DNA from: Runella sp. | GTDB lineage: Bacteria > Bacteroidota > Bacteroidia > Cytophagales > Spirosomataceae | Length of the DNA stretch: 64,000 bases | Direction of reading: 5' to 3' | NCBI GenBank assembly: GCA_046294665.1 | Contig: JBKBKL010000002.1 | Location: forward strand, 6,328 to 70,327 | Shown: positions 20,703 to 30,912 of the stretch, in pieces | How positions within the stretch are numbered: position 1 is the stretch's first letter | Layout: every line of letters starts with the position of its first letter | Made by a program: the position numbers and the translations under genes | Notes under the pieces: model-generated | Database searches by the model: none | Told to the model about the DNA's origin: nothing | The model's input: only the letters and a program-made list of their open reading frames with translations

Positions 20703-20742
20703 GAGGAGGCTGTCCGAAAAGAAACCGCCTCCTCAATTTTTT
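20703..20742 (+). terminator. Probable intrinsic terminator
   Basis: GAGGAGGC...GCCTCCTC stem followed by AATTTTTT. Confidence 0.5.
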
Positions 20743-20944
20743 ATCTATACCTTCCCACACGTAGAATATCCCATACACACTCCTCTCTCCAAACTCCACT
20801 AATAATAACTTTAGGATTATTTGCCGTTCGATAAGTTTGCATGAAAAAAACAATAAGGTATTTGTTTTTTCAAGACCAAATAGCTTGATTTGCTTTTGAT
20901 TAAATTAAATATCTTTTGTTTTTATTCTCAACCTTCTTAATTTC

Positions 20945-22165
20945 ATGAAAAATCTTTTCAAACTTACCTCCATTACTACATTAGCAATGGGAATGTTGTT
21001 GTTGGCTGGCTGCCAAGCCGACAAAGAGGCCAATATGGAACCCAGCGTAACGGTTACGCCTCGTCAAGGGCATTATATCATTACATACAAAGAAGATCCT
21101 TTGGCTGGTGCCCGTATCCCCAACCTTTATGGTGCTCGTATGGAGTTCATGGGAGAGTTTACTAAGTCATTTTTAAGCAAAAGAGGTATCGCCTCTGATC
21201 GTGTAGAGTATGTCTATGAAACAGCCCTCAAGGGCTTTGCTGCCGAACTGACAGCTACCGAAGTGGCCAAACTACGCCAAGACCCTGCTATTGATAAAGT
21301 AGTAGAAGACAACATCATCGTACTGGACGATCCAGATATGGAAATCCAAATCGAACCGACAGCTACAATAGGTACACAAGCCGTTCAAGAAACGCCTTGG
21401 GGTATCACACGTGTAGGTGGAGCAGGTACCCCAGCCGGAAGTGTAAAAGTCTATGTGGTAGATACAGGTATCAACCTTACTCACCCTGATCTCAATGTAG
21501 ATGCCTCTTTGGGTTTCAATGCGTTCAATCCTCGCACTACTGATGGGCGCAATTTAGATGACGGCAATGGCCACGGTACACACGTAGCAGGTACTATTGG
21601 TGCTATCAACAACAGTATAGGGGTAGTAGGAGTAGCTGCGGGTGTCAAAGTAATCCCAGTAAAAGTTTTGAGTTCACGTGGTAGTGGTAGCACTTCTGGT
21701 GTTATCGCTGGCGTGAATTTTGTAGGTGCCAATGCCGCTCAAAATGATATCGCCAACATGAGTTTGGGTGGTGGAATTGATGCTACCTTAGATGCCGCCG
21801 TGGTCAATGCTTCCAACGCCAAAGGTGGTATCAAATTTGTATTGGCCGCTGGCAACTCCAATGCCAATGCCGCCAACTCATCGCCGGCACGTGCTAATGG
21901 CCCTCATATTGTAACGGTTTCGGCTCATGACATCAACAATATGCGTGCTTCGTTTACCAACTGGGGACAGCCTCCTATTGATTTCTGCGCTCCCGGCGTA
22001 AGTATCAAATCTACCTATCGCAACAGAGCTTATGCAACGCTTAGTGGTACTTCTATGGCTGCTCCTCATGTAGCAGGTATCATGGCAGCGAGTGCTTCGC
22101 GTACGGTCAATACCTCCGGAACCGTAGCCAATAATGGCTTCAACGACCCTCGCGCAATTCGTTAA
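20945..22165 (+). CDS. S8 subtilisin-like lipoprotein protease with I9 propeptide (copy 2)
   Basis: Lipobox LAGC; same triad motifs; close paralog of copy 1. Confidence 0.93.
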   Translation: MKNLFKLTSITTLAMGMLLLAGCQADKEANMEPSVTVTPRQGHYIITYKEDPLAGARIPNLYGARMEFMGEFTKSFLSKRGIASDRVEYVYETALKGFAAELTATEVAKLRQDPAIDKVVEDNIIVLDDPDMEIQIEPTATIGTQAVQETPWGITRVGGAGTPAGSVKVYVVDTGINLTHPDLNVDASLGFNAFNPRTTDGRNLDDGNGHGTHVAGTIGAINNSIGVVGVAAGVKVIPVKVLSSRGSGSTSGVIAGVNFVGANAAQNDIANMSLGGGIDATLDAAVVNASNAKGGIKFVLAAGNSNANAANSSPARANGPHIVTVSAHDINNMRASFTNWGQPPIDFCAPGVSIKSTYRNRAYATLSGTSMAAPHVAGIMAASASRTVNTSGTVANNGFNDPRAIR

Positions 22166-22214
22166 TCAGACTTTTCTTAGCTTGAAACTATATAAGTACC
22201 AAGCAAATGCACCC

Positions 22215-22245
22215 AAAACCTCACTTAACATAAGTGAGGTTTTTT
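22215..22245 (+). terminator. Intrinsic terminator
   Basis: AAAACCTCACTTA-aca-TAAGTGAGGTTTT then TT. Confidence 0.8.
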
Positions 22246-22350
22246 GTTTATAGATGGCAAAGCCCAAAACAATCATGGTTAAAATTAAGACAAAAAAATA
22301 AACCTCAAATGCTTAATTTTGACGCTTGAAAAACCTATGATGAAATTTTT

Positions 22351-24666
22351 ATGAAAAATTATATCAAACATGACCCCTGGTGTGTCATCGAAGAAGGCTT
22401 TGAACCAAAATACAACGAAATCACCGAAAGCCTCACCAGCCTCGGCAATGGCCGTATGGGGCAACGCGGCAATTTTGAAGAACAGTTTTCGGGCAAAACA
22501 CTGCAAGGTAACTACATAGCAGGGGTATTTTATCCTGACAAAACCCGCGTAGGCTGGTGGAAAAATGGCTATCCGCGCTATTTCGCCAAAGTACTCAACG
22601 CCTGCAACTGGATAGGTATCAACGTAGAAATAGAAGGTGAAACTCTCGATTTGGCCACTTGTAAGGTGTCTGATTATGTGCGCCTTCTCAATATGAAAGA
22701 AGGCCGATTGGAACGTAAATTTGTAGCGACTCTCTCCAGCGGAAAGCAAATCCAAGTCAATACCGAGCGTTTTTGCAGCATCACCGACGATGAGGCCGGT
22801 GCTATTCGCTATTCGGTCAAGCCGCTCAATTTCAGTGGCAAAATCACCCTCACCCCTTATTTAGATGGCGATGTAAGCAATAAAGACTCCAACTACGGCG
22901 AAAAGTTTTGGGACGAACTCAAAAAAGAAACCGCTTATGGCGAAGGCTACATAGAACTACGCACCAAAGATACCCCCTTCAAAACAGAGCTTTTTACGGT
23001 AGGGACTGGCATGAAAGTAGCCGTCAATATCAACGGACACGCTTTCGATTTTCAAAGCCAGCCCATCAAAGCCGAGAAATACGTAGCCTGCCGTATCGAA
23101 TTGACAGTAGAGGAAGGAGATGAAATCACCCTTTACAAGTATGCCGTCAATTTGGCTTCACTCAATCACCCCATCGAGGAGATACAGCCCCGTACAAAAG
23201 CCTATTTGGAGCGTATCGCCAATAAAGGCTTTGAACTTATGAAAGCCGAACAAGCGCAGGCATGGGCGGAGCGTTGGGCCAAAAACGACATCATCATCGA
23301 AGGCGACGTAGCCGCACAGCAGGGTATCCGATTCAATATTTTTCAACTCCAACAAACCTATACTGGCGAGGACGATCGCCTCAACATCGGCCCCAAAGGT
23401 TTTACGGGCGAAAAATACGGAGGCAGCACTTACTGGGATACTGAAGCCTACTGCTTGCCATTCTACTTGGCTACTGCCGACCAAAAAGTAGCTCGCAATC
23501 TCCTCGTTTATCGCCACAAACACCTCCAAAAGGCTATTGAAAATGCACAGCTTTTGGGCTTTAGCAATGGGGCGGCTTTGTACCCCATGGTAACGATGAC
23601 AGGTGAAGAATGTCATAACGAATGGGAGATTACCTTCGAGGAAATCCACCGCAACGGTGCCATTGCGTATGCCATCTACGACTATATCCGCTACACAGGC
23701 GATACCCAATACTTGGCTGAATATGGCCTCGATGTCCTCGTAGGTATCGCACGCTTTTGGGCGCAGCGTGTCAATTGGTCAGAAGATAAACAAAAGTATG
23801 TCATGCTGGGCGTAACCGGACCCAACGAATACGAAAACAATGTCAACAACAACTGGTACACCAACTATATCGCTCGCTGGTGTTTGAAATACACCTTGGA
23901 AGTCGTCGGGCATCATACTGCTCAAAATGGCCAACTACAAAAGTCTTTGCCTTCGGCAGAAGAATTAGCCCATTGGCAGCATATCATCGAAAATATGTAC
24001 TTCCCCTATGACGAACGTCGCGGAGTTTTTTTACAACAAGACGGCTTTTTGGACAAAGAACTCCTGACCGTAAACGACATCGCCCAGCATCGTCCTATCA
24101 ATCAAAAATGGTCGTGGGATCGCATCTTGAGGAGTTGTTTCATCAAACAAGCCGACGTACTGCAAGGACTCTACTTCTTTGAAGAAGACTTCGACCTCGA
24201 TACGCACCGCCGCAATTTCGACTTCTACGAGCCTATGACCGTGCATGAGTCTTCACTCTCGCCTTGTGTACACGTGATTTTGGCTCAAAAATTAGGCTAC
24301 GACGACAAAGCCTACGAAATGTACCTCCGCACCTCACGCCTCGACCTCGACGACTACAACAACGATACCGAAGACGGCCTACACATTACAAGCATGGCCG
24401 GTACGTGGATGTCGGTCATCAAGGGGTTTGCGGGTATGCGTGTGCTTGACGGCCAATTATCGTTTCAACCGTCGCTGCCCAAACCTTGGAAAAGTTATTC
24501 GTTTAGGGTTGGTTTCCGTGGGCAAGTGGTCAGCGTATCGGTTCATTCGGAAGGTGTAGAAGTAGAAAATCTTTCCGAAAAAGCCCTCTCGGTTTTGATA
24601 AATGGTAAAACCTTGCACCTTGCTCCACAAAGTACCGCTACGGTCGGTGAATTGACGGAGGTCTAA
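22351..24666 (+). CDS. GH65 maltose phosphorylase-like enzyme
   Basis: SLGNGRMGQRG, GPKGFTGEKYGGSTYWDTE, VTGPNEYE, IKQADV, HESSLS. Confidence 0.92.
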   Translation: MKNYIKHDPWCVIEEGFEPKYNEITESLTSLGNGRMGQRGNFEEQFSGKTLQGNYIAGVFYPDKTRVGWWKNGYPRYFAKVLNACNWIGINVEIEGETLDLATCKVSDYVRLLNMKEGRLERKFVATLSSGKQIQVNTERFCSITDDEAGAIRYSVKPLNFSGKITLTPYLDGDVSNKDSNYGEKFWDELKKETAYGEGYIELRTKDTPFKTELFTVGTGMKVAVNINGHAFDFQSQPIKAEKYVACRIELTVEEGDEITLYKYAVNLASLNHPIEEIQPRTKAYLERIANKGFELMKAEQAQAWAERWAKNDIIIEGDVAAQQGIRFNIFQLQQTYTGEDDRLNIGPKGFTGEKYGGSTYWDTEAYCLPFYLATADQKVARNLLVYRHKHLQKAIENAQLLGFSNGAALYPMVTMTGEECHNEWEITFEEIHRNGAIAYAIYDYIRYTGDTQYLAEYGLDVLVGIARFWAQRVNWSEDKQKYVMLGVTGPNEYENNVNNNWYTNYIARWCLKYTLEVVGHHTAQNGQLQKSLPSAEELAHWQHIIENMYFPYDERRGVFLQQDGFLDKELLTVNDIAQHRPINQKWSWDRILRSCFIKQADVLQGLYFFEEDFDLDTHRRNFDFYEPMTVHESSLSPCVHVILAQKLGYDDKAYEMYLRTSRLDLDDYNNDTEDGLHITSMAGTWMSVIKGFAGMRVLDGQLSFQPSLPKPWKSYSFRVGFRGQVVSVSVHSEGVEVENLSEKALSVLINGKTLHLAPQSTATVGELTEV

Positions 24667-25598
24667 AGCCCCGTCAGTCCCATAGCTTTGAGCCATACTT
24701 TGCAGCTTTCGGGCCAATGACGCACCGAACCGTCTTTCTTTTGGGCAAGGCCGAAACCATGTCCGCCATTTTCATAAACAAGCAACGAGGCCGAAACTCC
24801 TGCTTTGCGTAAAGCATCGTAATACAGCATACTGTTTTCGACAGGCACGGCTTTGTCGTCGGTGGCATGGACGAGTAGCGTAGGGGGCGTTTGAGCAGAA
24901 ACCTGTTTTTCGTTGGAGTAAAAATCGAGCAGTTCGGGGGCAGGAGTTTTACCCAAAAGACGCTCAAAAGACCCGGCATGTTTGTAGGGACCTGCACTGA
25001 TGACGGGATACATTAAAATGGCAAAATTGGGTTGATAAATACTCAAGTTTTGGGAGGATTTGTCGGCAGGAGAAGAAGCCAAATGCCAATGCGTACTCAA
25101 AGTAGAAGCCAAATGCCCGCCTGCCGAAAAACCAATGATACCGATTTTGTTGGGGTTGATGCCGTAGCTTGCGGCTTGCTCTCTGATGATTTTGATACCC
25201 TGCATCGCATCTTGGAGGGGTACTTCGTGTTTGTTTTTCCAAAGATTTTCGTCGGGCAAGCGGTATTTGAGTACAAAGGCCGTGATACCCAACTCATTGA
25301 ACCATTTGGCAATATCCACCCCTTCATGGCCAGCCGCTTCTATCCAATAACCCCCACCCGGGCATATCATGACAGCCGTACCATTGGGTTGAGTAGGCCG
25401 ATAGACCGTAAGCGCAGGCACTTTGATATTGCTGATACGTAAGATACCATCGTCCCCTGTTTCTACTTTCTCTTGAATACTGCTATTGTTGAGGTCATTG
25501 GGGATTTTACCCACTGGCCACAATGGAATCGTTGTTTGGGCAAAAGCATTTGACAACAGAAAACAAAAAAAAGCGAAGCAAGTAATGAATTTGAGCAT
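24663..25598 (-). CDS. Secreted alpha/beta-hydrolase (esterase)
   Basis: CPGGGY, GFSAGGHLA, HATDDKAV, GGHGFG; signal peptide. Confidence 0.88.
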   Translation of the reverse strand: MLKFITCFAFFCFLLSNAFAQTTIPLWPVGKIPNDLNNSSIQEKVETGDDGILRISNIKVPALTVYRPTQPNGTAVMICPGGGYWIEAAGHEGVDIAKWFNELGITAFVLKYRLPDENLWKNKHEVPLQDAMQGIKIIREQAASYGINPNKIGIIGFSAGGHLASTLSTHWHLASSPADKSSQNLSIYQPNFAILMYPVISAGPYKHAGSFERLLGKTPAPELLDFYSNEKQVSAQTPPTLLVHATDDKAVPVENSMLYYDALRKAGVSASLLVYENGGHGFGLAQKKDGSVRHWPESCKVWLKAMGLTGL

Positions 25599-25640
25599 TT
25601 TTGGGAGTAGATTAAGTTAGGAAAAAAAGGAAGTACTGAG

Positions 25641-25694
25641 AATTTGCGCTTTAAATGCAAGCTATTTGGGTGATTTGCGTTTTAAATGTGATTT
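25641..25694. repeat. Decayed copy of the paired-palindrome unit found at 27421
   Basis: Aligns without gaps to 27421-27474 at 37/54 positions by hand count, many differences C>T. Confidence 0.6.
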
Positions 25695-25823
25695 ATCAAA
25701 AATAATTTTTTTTTCAAAATTTTATTTCAATATTCATGATTTCCTAAATACTATTGATAGGGTATTTGAAACATTAATCTTTTTCTCATTTAAATTAGCC
25801 AGATAAAAAACATAAAAAATAAA

Positions 25824-27407
25824 ATGCTAACTTATAAAACTAATGCAGGGGTTGAGTTAAAAGATGTTTTTCTTATTTTTTTAAAACCTTTAAGTAAGAT
25901 AATTGAAGATTTAAGTTTTTTTTTAAAACTTCTATCTCAGGATAACATATCTAATGATGATAGAGAAACTTTTTCGGATTTAACTTGCGAACAGTTTTTT
26001 TATGAAAAACTTCACATACACATTGCAAGAGCTTCTGCTGAAGCAAAAAATATCATCCATAATATTGATGTCAAATGCAATAATTATTGGTATGATAATG
26101 AAATCGAAAGAAAAATAAGAAAAATCTTATTGAGCCATCTTGACCGATTAGAATTAGATAATTTAGCAGCTTTTACAAGTGAATATTACAAGGTTTACAA
26201 TGCTAATGTTGAGAATGAAACTCAAAAATACATGATTTATTACTTTTTGCCATTAAAAAATCCTGCATATAAAACCTTAACCAATGATTTGTATAAAAGG
26301 CTAAAACTTTTTTTAGAAGTATTGGATAAAGAAACAAAAAATAGATATTTTAGTACTTTAGAATTAGAATCAGAAATATATGAAAGAAATGCAATTAATT
26401 TAGATATTCAAATTAGCGAAGAAAATAGAAAATGGGAAATACTGTTTATTAATCGAGTATATTCTTACACATCGAAGAAAAATGAATTATTAGTTAAACT
26501 TTATCCAAGTATTTGTTTTGAGTCTTATGAATATGATAGAACTATAGATTTACAAGGAGATGAATTATACGACGTACATTTAACTATTTATGGTGTTCAT
26601 TTTCCAGTCAATCATTTATTGGGAAAAGAGAAAAAAAAGTTTAACATTAAGTTTTTTGAATTAGTTAAAGAAAATATTAAAAATTACAACAAAAAGTATA
26701 GATTTAAAAACTCAAAAGTATCAATAACTTATAGTTATCACATTAGTAGGAATGACTTTTATTCCCTTAAGAAACTTAAACCAATATTTGCGCATAGAGT
26801 AAAAGAAAAAACCAAAAATATTATAGATTCATCAATTCATTTTTTACTTGATTTTCAAGATGAAATTATAGTATCAAAACCTAATGAAATATATAATTTG
26901 GCAAGAATTAAAATAAGGAGGAAGGCTTATTATGAACAACCTTCATTTTCATTGAAATTGAAATACCCAGACCAAGTTGTAGAAATATTAAAGTCTATTA
27001 ATTTTCAAGAACACTTCACTAACGACATGGTTGAAATAGCCTTGTGTTATATAAAGAATATAAACTTGATTAACGTCAAAAGTTTAAAAAGAGAAATTAT
27101 TTTCGAGATTGTATCTGACAAAAATTTGATTTTAAAAACAAGTACAATCAATTACTCTGTTTTTATTTCAATATTATCAACCTTAAATTATTTAGGTTTT
27201 TCTGAAAAATTTACTGATAACATAATAGAAACAGCGATCAAATATTATAACTTAATTGTGACAGAGGACTTCTGGAAAGAATATAATTACGATAAAGACA
27301 TTCTTTTGGAGATTTTTCAAAGTAGAGATTCCACATTTATAAGTTACATAATTAGAAATATTGTTTTGAATGATAGAAGCCTCAAACAAATAGACTTTTT
27401 TTTCTAA
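25824..27407 (+). CDS. AT-rich orphan protein, 527 aa
   Basis: Long ORF with very low GC (e.g. 8 G+C of 60 at 26641-26700), K/I/N/F/Y-rich, no motif recognised. Confidence 0.75.
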   Translation: MLTYKTNAGVELKDVFLIFLKPLSKIIEDLSFFLKLLSQDNISNDDRETFSDLTCEQFFYEKLHIHIARASAEAKNIIHNIDVKCNNYWYDNEIERKIRKILLSHLDRLELDNLAAFTSEYYKVYNANVENETQKYMIYYFLPLKNPAYKTLTNDLYKRLKLFLEVLDKETKNRYFSTLELESEIYERNAINLDIQISEENRKWEILFINRVYSYTSKKNELLVKLYPSICFESYEYDRTIDLQGDELYDVHLTIYGVHFPVNHLLGKEKKKFNIKFFELVKENIKNYNKKYRFKNSKVSITYSYHISRNDFYSLKKLKPIFAHRVKEKTKNIIDSSIHFLLDFQDEIIVSKPNEIYNLARIKIRRKAYYEQPSFSLKLKYPDQVVEILKSINFQEHFTNDMVEIALCYIKNINLINVKSLKREIIFEIVSDKNLILKTSTINYSVFISILSTLNYLGFSEKFTDNIIETAIKYYNLIVTEDFWKEYNYDKDILLEIFQSRDSTFISYIIRNIVLNDRSLKQIDFFF

Positions 27408-27420
27408 ATAGTTCAGATAT

Positions 27421-27536
27421 AGTTTGCGTTTCAAACGCAAACTCCTTAAAAGATTCGCGTTTCAAACGCGAATCAACCAGATAGTTTGCGTTTGAAACGC
27501 AAACTCTTTAAGAGACTCGCGTTTCAAACGCGAATC
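27421..27536. repeat. REP/BIME-like array of four palindromes (two 62-bp-period units)
   Basis: AGTTTGCGTTT(c/g)AAACGCAAACT alternating with GA(t/c)TCGCGTTTcAAACGCGAATC; units start at 27421 and 27483. Confidence 0.88.
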
Positions 27537-27538
27537 AT

Positions 27539-28123
27539 TCAATATACCCTCAACCAGCCCGTTAGGCTCAATCGCTCGCGGGTGGCAGGGAGCACTTCAT
27601 GTTCGAGTTTGTCGGCCTCGAAGCATACCAATCGCCCGCCTATGGGTAAGATTTTGACAGCCTCTTGGTTTTCGGGATAAATCACCAGCTCACCGCCTTC
27701 GGAGGGCTGCCAGTCTTGGTTGAGATAGCATATTGCCGAGATGCGCCTTCTCGAATCGTGCCGAAAACGGTCTAAATGTCGCTTATAAAAAGTGCCTGTG
27801 GGATAAAGGGCATAGTGAAACTCCCCGTCTTTGAGTCCCAAATAACACGTCCGGTTGAGGTATTGTATCAGTTCATACATTTTTTCAAAAAACAACTGTT
27901 CGGCAGGCAAGGCGTTTTCTTCTTCAAGCCATAGAATCTGATCTCCTCTGATTTGGTTTTGTATTTGATAGTCAGCCCCTTGTCCAATCCCTGCTTTTTT
28001 GAAAGTACCAGAAGTGTATTTTTGATACAAAGTTTGAGCTAAGGCCAACCGCTCTGAGGGAGTCAGAAAGTCGTCGAAGATACCGTAGCTTTGTGCCGCT
28101 ATACTGTTGATGAGTGTTTCCAT
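27539..28123 (-). CDS. 2OG-Fe(II) oxygenase, SM-20/EGLN prolyl-hydroxylase-like
   Basis: IRGDQILW, YKRHLD (HxD), YLNQDW, GGEL, HEVLPATRERLSLTGW. Confidence 0.88.
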   Translation of the reverse strand: METLINSIAAQSYGIFDDFLTPSERLALAQTLYQKYTSGTFKKAGIGQGADYQIQNQIRGDQILWLEEENALPAEQLFFEKMYELIQYLNRTCYLGLKDGEFHYALYPTGTFYKRHLDRFRHDSRRRISAICYLNQDWQPSEGGELVIYPENQEAVKILPIGGRLVCFEADKLEHEVLPATRERLSLTGWLRVY

Positions 28124-28172
28124 GCGTGTCGTTTTGATGGTAAATAAATCCAAAAATAGCGTTTTGTTGTCA

Positions 28173-28694
28173 ATGTTTGAATTAGAAACTCCTCGCTTAC
28201 GTCTGATTGCGCTTACTTTCGAGCAGTTGCGCCTCCACGCTACCGACTATACCGCGCTACAACATTCGCTGGGGCTGACTCCCTACGAAATGCACTTAGA
28301 GCCGCCATTTCAAGCGGAGTTTGACGATGCGTTGGTCAATTATTGGCTACCCGAAACAGCCGCCAATACTTCACATTATCAATGGTTTACGAATTGGCTT
28401 ATTGTTCTCAAATCCGCCTCAAAAGTCATAGGAGGCATAGGCGTTACGGGCTTGCCCGATGAGCAGGGCGAAACAGAAATAGGCTATTCGATAGCCCCCG
28501 ATTATCGTGGGAGAGGCATTGCCACCGAGGCGGTCATGTACTTTTCGGAGTGGGTATTTCGACACCCCAACGCCCACACCTTGATTGCCCGTACACCGAC
28601 CGAAACATTGGCCTCACAACGGGTTTTGACAAAAGCGGGTTTTTCAAAAATCAATGAAGAAAATCATGTAATTTTATGGAAAAAACGACGCTAA
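28173..28694 (+). CDS. GNAT/RimJ-like acetyltransferase
   Basis: LETPRLRL, EIGYSIAPDYRGRGIATEA, SQRVLTKAGF. Confidence 0.88.
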   Translation: MFELETPRLRLIALTFEQLRLHATDYTALQHSLGLTPYEMHLEPPFQAEFDDALVNYWLPETAANTSHYQWFTNWLIVLKSASKVIGGIGVTGLPDEQGETEIGYSIAPDYRGRGIATEAVMYFSEWVFRHPNAHTLIARTPTETLASQRVLTKAGFSKINEENHVILWKKRR

Positions 28695-28706
28695 ACTTTT
28701 TCTGAT

Positions 28707-29183
28707 ATGGACAAGCTCAAATCTATCGAGAAACTCAAACAGACGCTCAACGAAGCCAGCGATAATCTCAAAGAACAAGCCAACCAGCTAAGTGCTGCTG
28801 TCAAAGAGCAGGCCAACTTGCTGGGCGATAGTGTCAAAGAAAAAGCCTACTCAATGATCGAAGATTGGTTGGCTATTTTTCCGAAATTGGAGTCGTATGG
28901 CCTCAATATCACGAGTTTTGGCCTCAAAATGGGGCTAAACCCCACCCTCGAAGTAGAACTACAAGGCAATTCTAAGGGATTTACTCCTGAAAAAGTAACG
29001 CTCATGCTCCAAGAAAACAAAGGAAACAACGCCCTGACGATGGTCTTCAAAGCCATCAAAACTGCCTACGACTGGCACGCCAAAACAGGTAGCCATTGTC
29101 ATTTTAAGAGTATTTTTTTGAAAGTTTCGGTCTGTATCACGCCCGAAGTCATGGTGTATCTGGGCGAGCCTAAGCTGATGTAG
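28707..29183 (+). CDS. Hypothetical protein with an N-terminal amphipathic helical repeat
   Basis: Repeated (V/L)KEQAN units; closely spaced after the GNAT gene. Confidence 0.7.
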   Translation: MDKLKSIEKLKQTLNEASDNLKEQANQLSAAVKEQANLLGDSVKEKAYSMIEDWLAIFPKLESYGLNITSFGLKMGLNPTLEVELQGNSKGFTPEKVTLMLQENKGNNALTMVFKAIKTAYDWHAKTGSHCHFKSIFLKVSVCITPEVMVYLGEPKLM

Positions 29184-29238
29184 GTAATTTTTAAAATAAA
29201 AAAGGTAGGTTTGCGCCAAATTTCTAAAAAAACACATC

Positions 29239-29751
29239 ATGAAAGTAGCACCCAATCAAGTAGTAGGTATTGTTTATGAATTAAGCATCAAAAACGAAAA
29301 TGATGACTGGCAAATCGTAGAAGTAGTAAGCGATGCCGAGCCGATGTATTTTATACAAGGTATGAGCGGCCTACCCGACACATTTGAAGATAAAATCAAC
29401 GGTTTGGCCGTTGAGGACACCTTCGATTTTAGCTTGACTCCTGAAGAAGGCTACGGCGACTACGACGATGAGGCCCTGGCCGAGATTCCACTCGAAGTAT
29501 TCCAAATAGACGGTCAGCGTCAAGATGACTTGCTTCAGATAGGCAACATGGTACCCATGACCAACGAAGACGGCCACCGCTTGGTAGGGCAGATTGTGGA
29601 CATAAACGACGAATACGTTTTGATGGATTTCAACCACCCCTTGGCAGGACGTGAGTTGCAATTTAAGGGAAAAATCGTAAGCCTACGCCCCGCTACCGCC
29701 GACGAACTCGACCATGGCCACGTACATGGCGAAGGAGGCGTACAGCACTAA
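29239..29751 (+). CDS. slyD: FKBP-type peptidyl-prolyl isomerase SlyD
   Basis: PEEGYGDYD, DFNHPLAGRELQF, His-rich tail ELDHGHVHG. Confidence 0.92.
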   Translation: MKVAPNQVVGIVYELSIKNENDDWQIVEVVSDAEPMYFIQGMSGLPDTFEDKINGLAVEDTFDFSLTPEEGYGDYDDEALAEIPLEVFQIDGQRQDDLLQIGNMVPMTNEDGHRLVGQIVDINDEYVLMDFNHPLAGRELQFKGKIVSLRPATADELDHGHVHGEGGVQH

Positions 29752-29754
29752 GCC

Positions 29755-30792
29755 CTACACCAAAGGTTCTTGCTGGCTCAAACAATGAAAACTTCCCAAT
29801 CCCCAGATGATTTCGGTGGCATCTATGCCTACTACGGGACGGTCTGGGAAGCATTTCTCCAAAATATCCAATGCCTTTTGGTCTTGTGTACAGCGGAAGG
29901 TGGGTACTATCACGGCGGCATTGCTGATATAAAAATTGGCATAAGAAGCCGGAAGTCGTAATCCTTCGCTGTACACGGGAGTAGGCATCGGAAGCTCAAC
30001 GATATTGAGTGGCTTATCGTTGAGCAGTCGCATTTGCTGGAGTTCGCGGAGGTTTTCCTTTAAAATCTCGTAGTTATCGTCGGCTTTGTTTTGTTCTATG
30101 ACCGTTACGACGGTATCTTCATTGACAAAGCGCACAGTGTCGTCTATATGGCCGTCGGTGTCGTCGCCTACGATGCCATCGCCTACCCAAAGTATTTGCT
30201 CTACGCCGTAGTTATCACACAAAAACTGCTCGATTTGAGCTTGATTTAGGTGTGGATTGCGATTTGGGTTAAGTAAACACGCCCGACTTGTCAGAAGTGT
30301 ACCCCGTCCGTTGAACTCTACCGAACCTCCCTCCATGATGATACCCGGTGTAACTACTTCCAACCCCAAATAACGCCCAATAGCCGTAGGTATTTGGTCG
30401 TCGAGGTCAAAAGGAGGGTATTTGCCCCCCCACGCATTGTAGCCCCAGTTGATAACTAAACGCTCCTTGGTAGTAGGATTGATAAGAATACCCGGCCCGT
30501 GGTCGCGGCACCATGAGTCGTTGGTAGGGTGGGGGAGAAGTTCGATTTTGTTTAGGTCTATATCGGCCTCAAGCAGATAGCCTTCGATGCGTCTGATGAG
30601 TTCTTCGTTGTGAGCATTGACAGCTACCTTTTCGCCACTGCTGATGGTCTTGATAAATTCGAGATAGGCAGGAAGCATCAGAGGCTGCCGCTCATAAGTC
30701 CAAGAGGCTTCGGTATGTGGAAAGCTCAACCAAGTAGCGCGGTGTGGGTGCCATTCGGCCGGAAAGAAAAATCCTCGTTGTTGGGGAGTCAT
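29755..30792 (-). CDS. Agmatine deiminase / peptidyl-arginine deiminase family
   Basis: PAEWHPH, WCRDHGP, MEGGSVE, DDTDGHID, ASYANFY, GSFHCLSQQ. ATG 30792 preferred. Confidence 0.93.
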   Translation of the reverse strand: MTPQQRGFFFPAEWHPHRATWLSFPHTEASWTYERQPLMLPAYLEFIKTISSGEKVAVNAHNEELIRRIEGYLLEADIDLNKIELLPHPTNDSWCRDHGPGILINPTTKERLVINWGYNAWGGKYPPFDLDDQIPTAIGRYLGLEVVTPGIIMEGGSVEFNGRGTLLTSRACLLNPNRNPHLNQAQIEQFLCDNYGVEQILWVGDGIVGDDTDGHIDDTVRFVNEDTVVTVIEQNKADDNYEILKENLRELQQMRLLNDKPLNIVELPMPTPVYSEGLRLPASYANFYISNAAVIVPTFRCTQDQKALDILEKCFPDRPVVGIDATEIIWGLGSFHCLSQQEPLV

Positions 30793-30822
30793 TGAATGAT
30801 TGAATAGTTGAATGATTGAATG
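30792..30822. repeat. Short 8-bp tandem repeat (TTGAATGA-like, about 4 copies)
   Basis: TTGAATGA TTGAATAG TTGAATGA TTGAATG directly upstream of the deiminase start. Confidence 0.7.
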
Positions 30823-30912
30823 GTGGGGTAAAATTAAGGCTTTAAGTGGCAAGAATCTATATTTAGCTATTTTTGCATAAAAAGTAAGTTTATTCATTTT
30901 AATCTTCAGCCT

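Noticed and set aside
27421-27536. Possible CRISPR or integron attC array
   Set aside because: Only two units with 8-bp linkers, no unique spacers, and no cas or integron integrase in the window.
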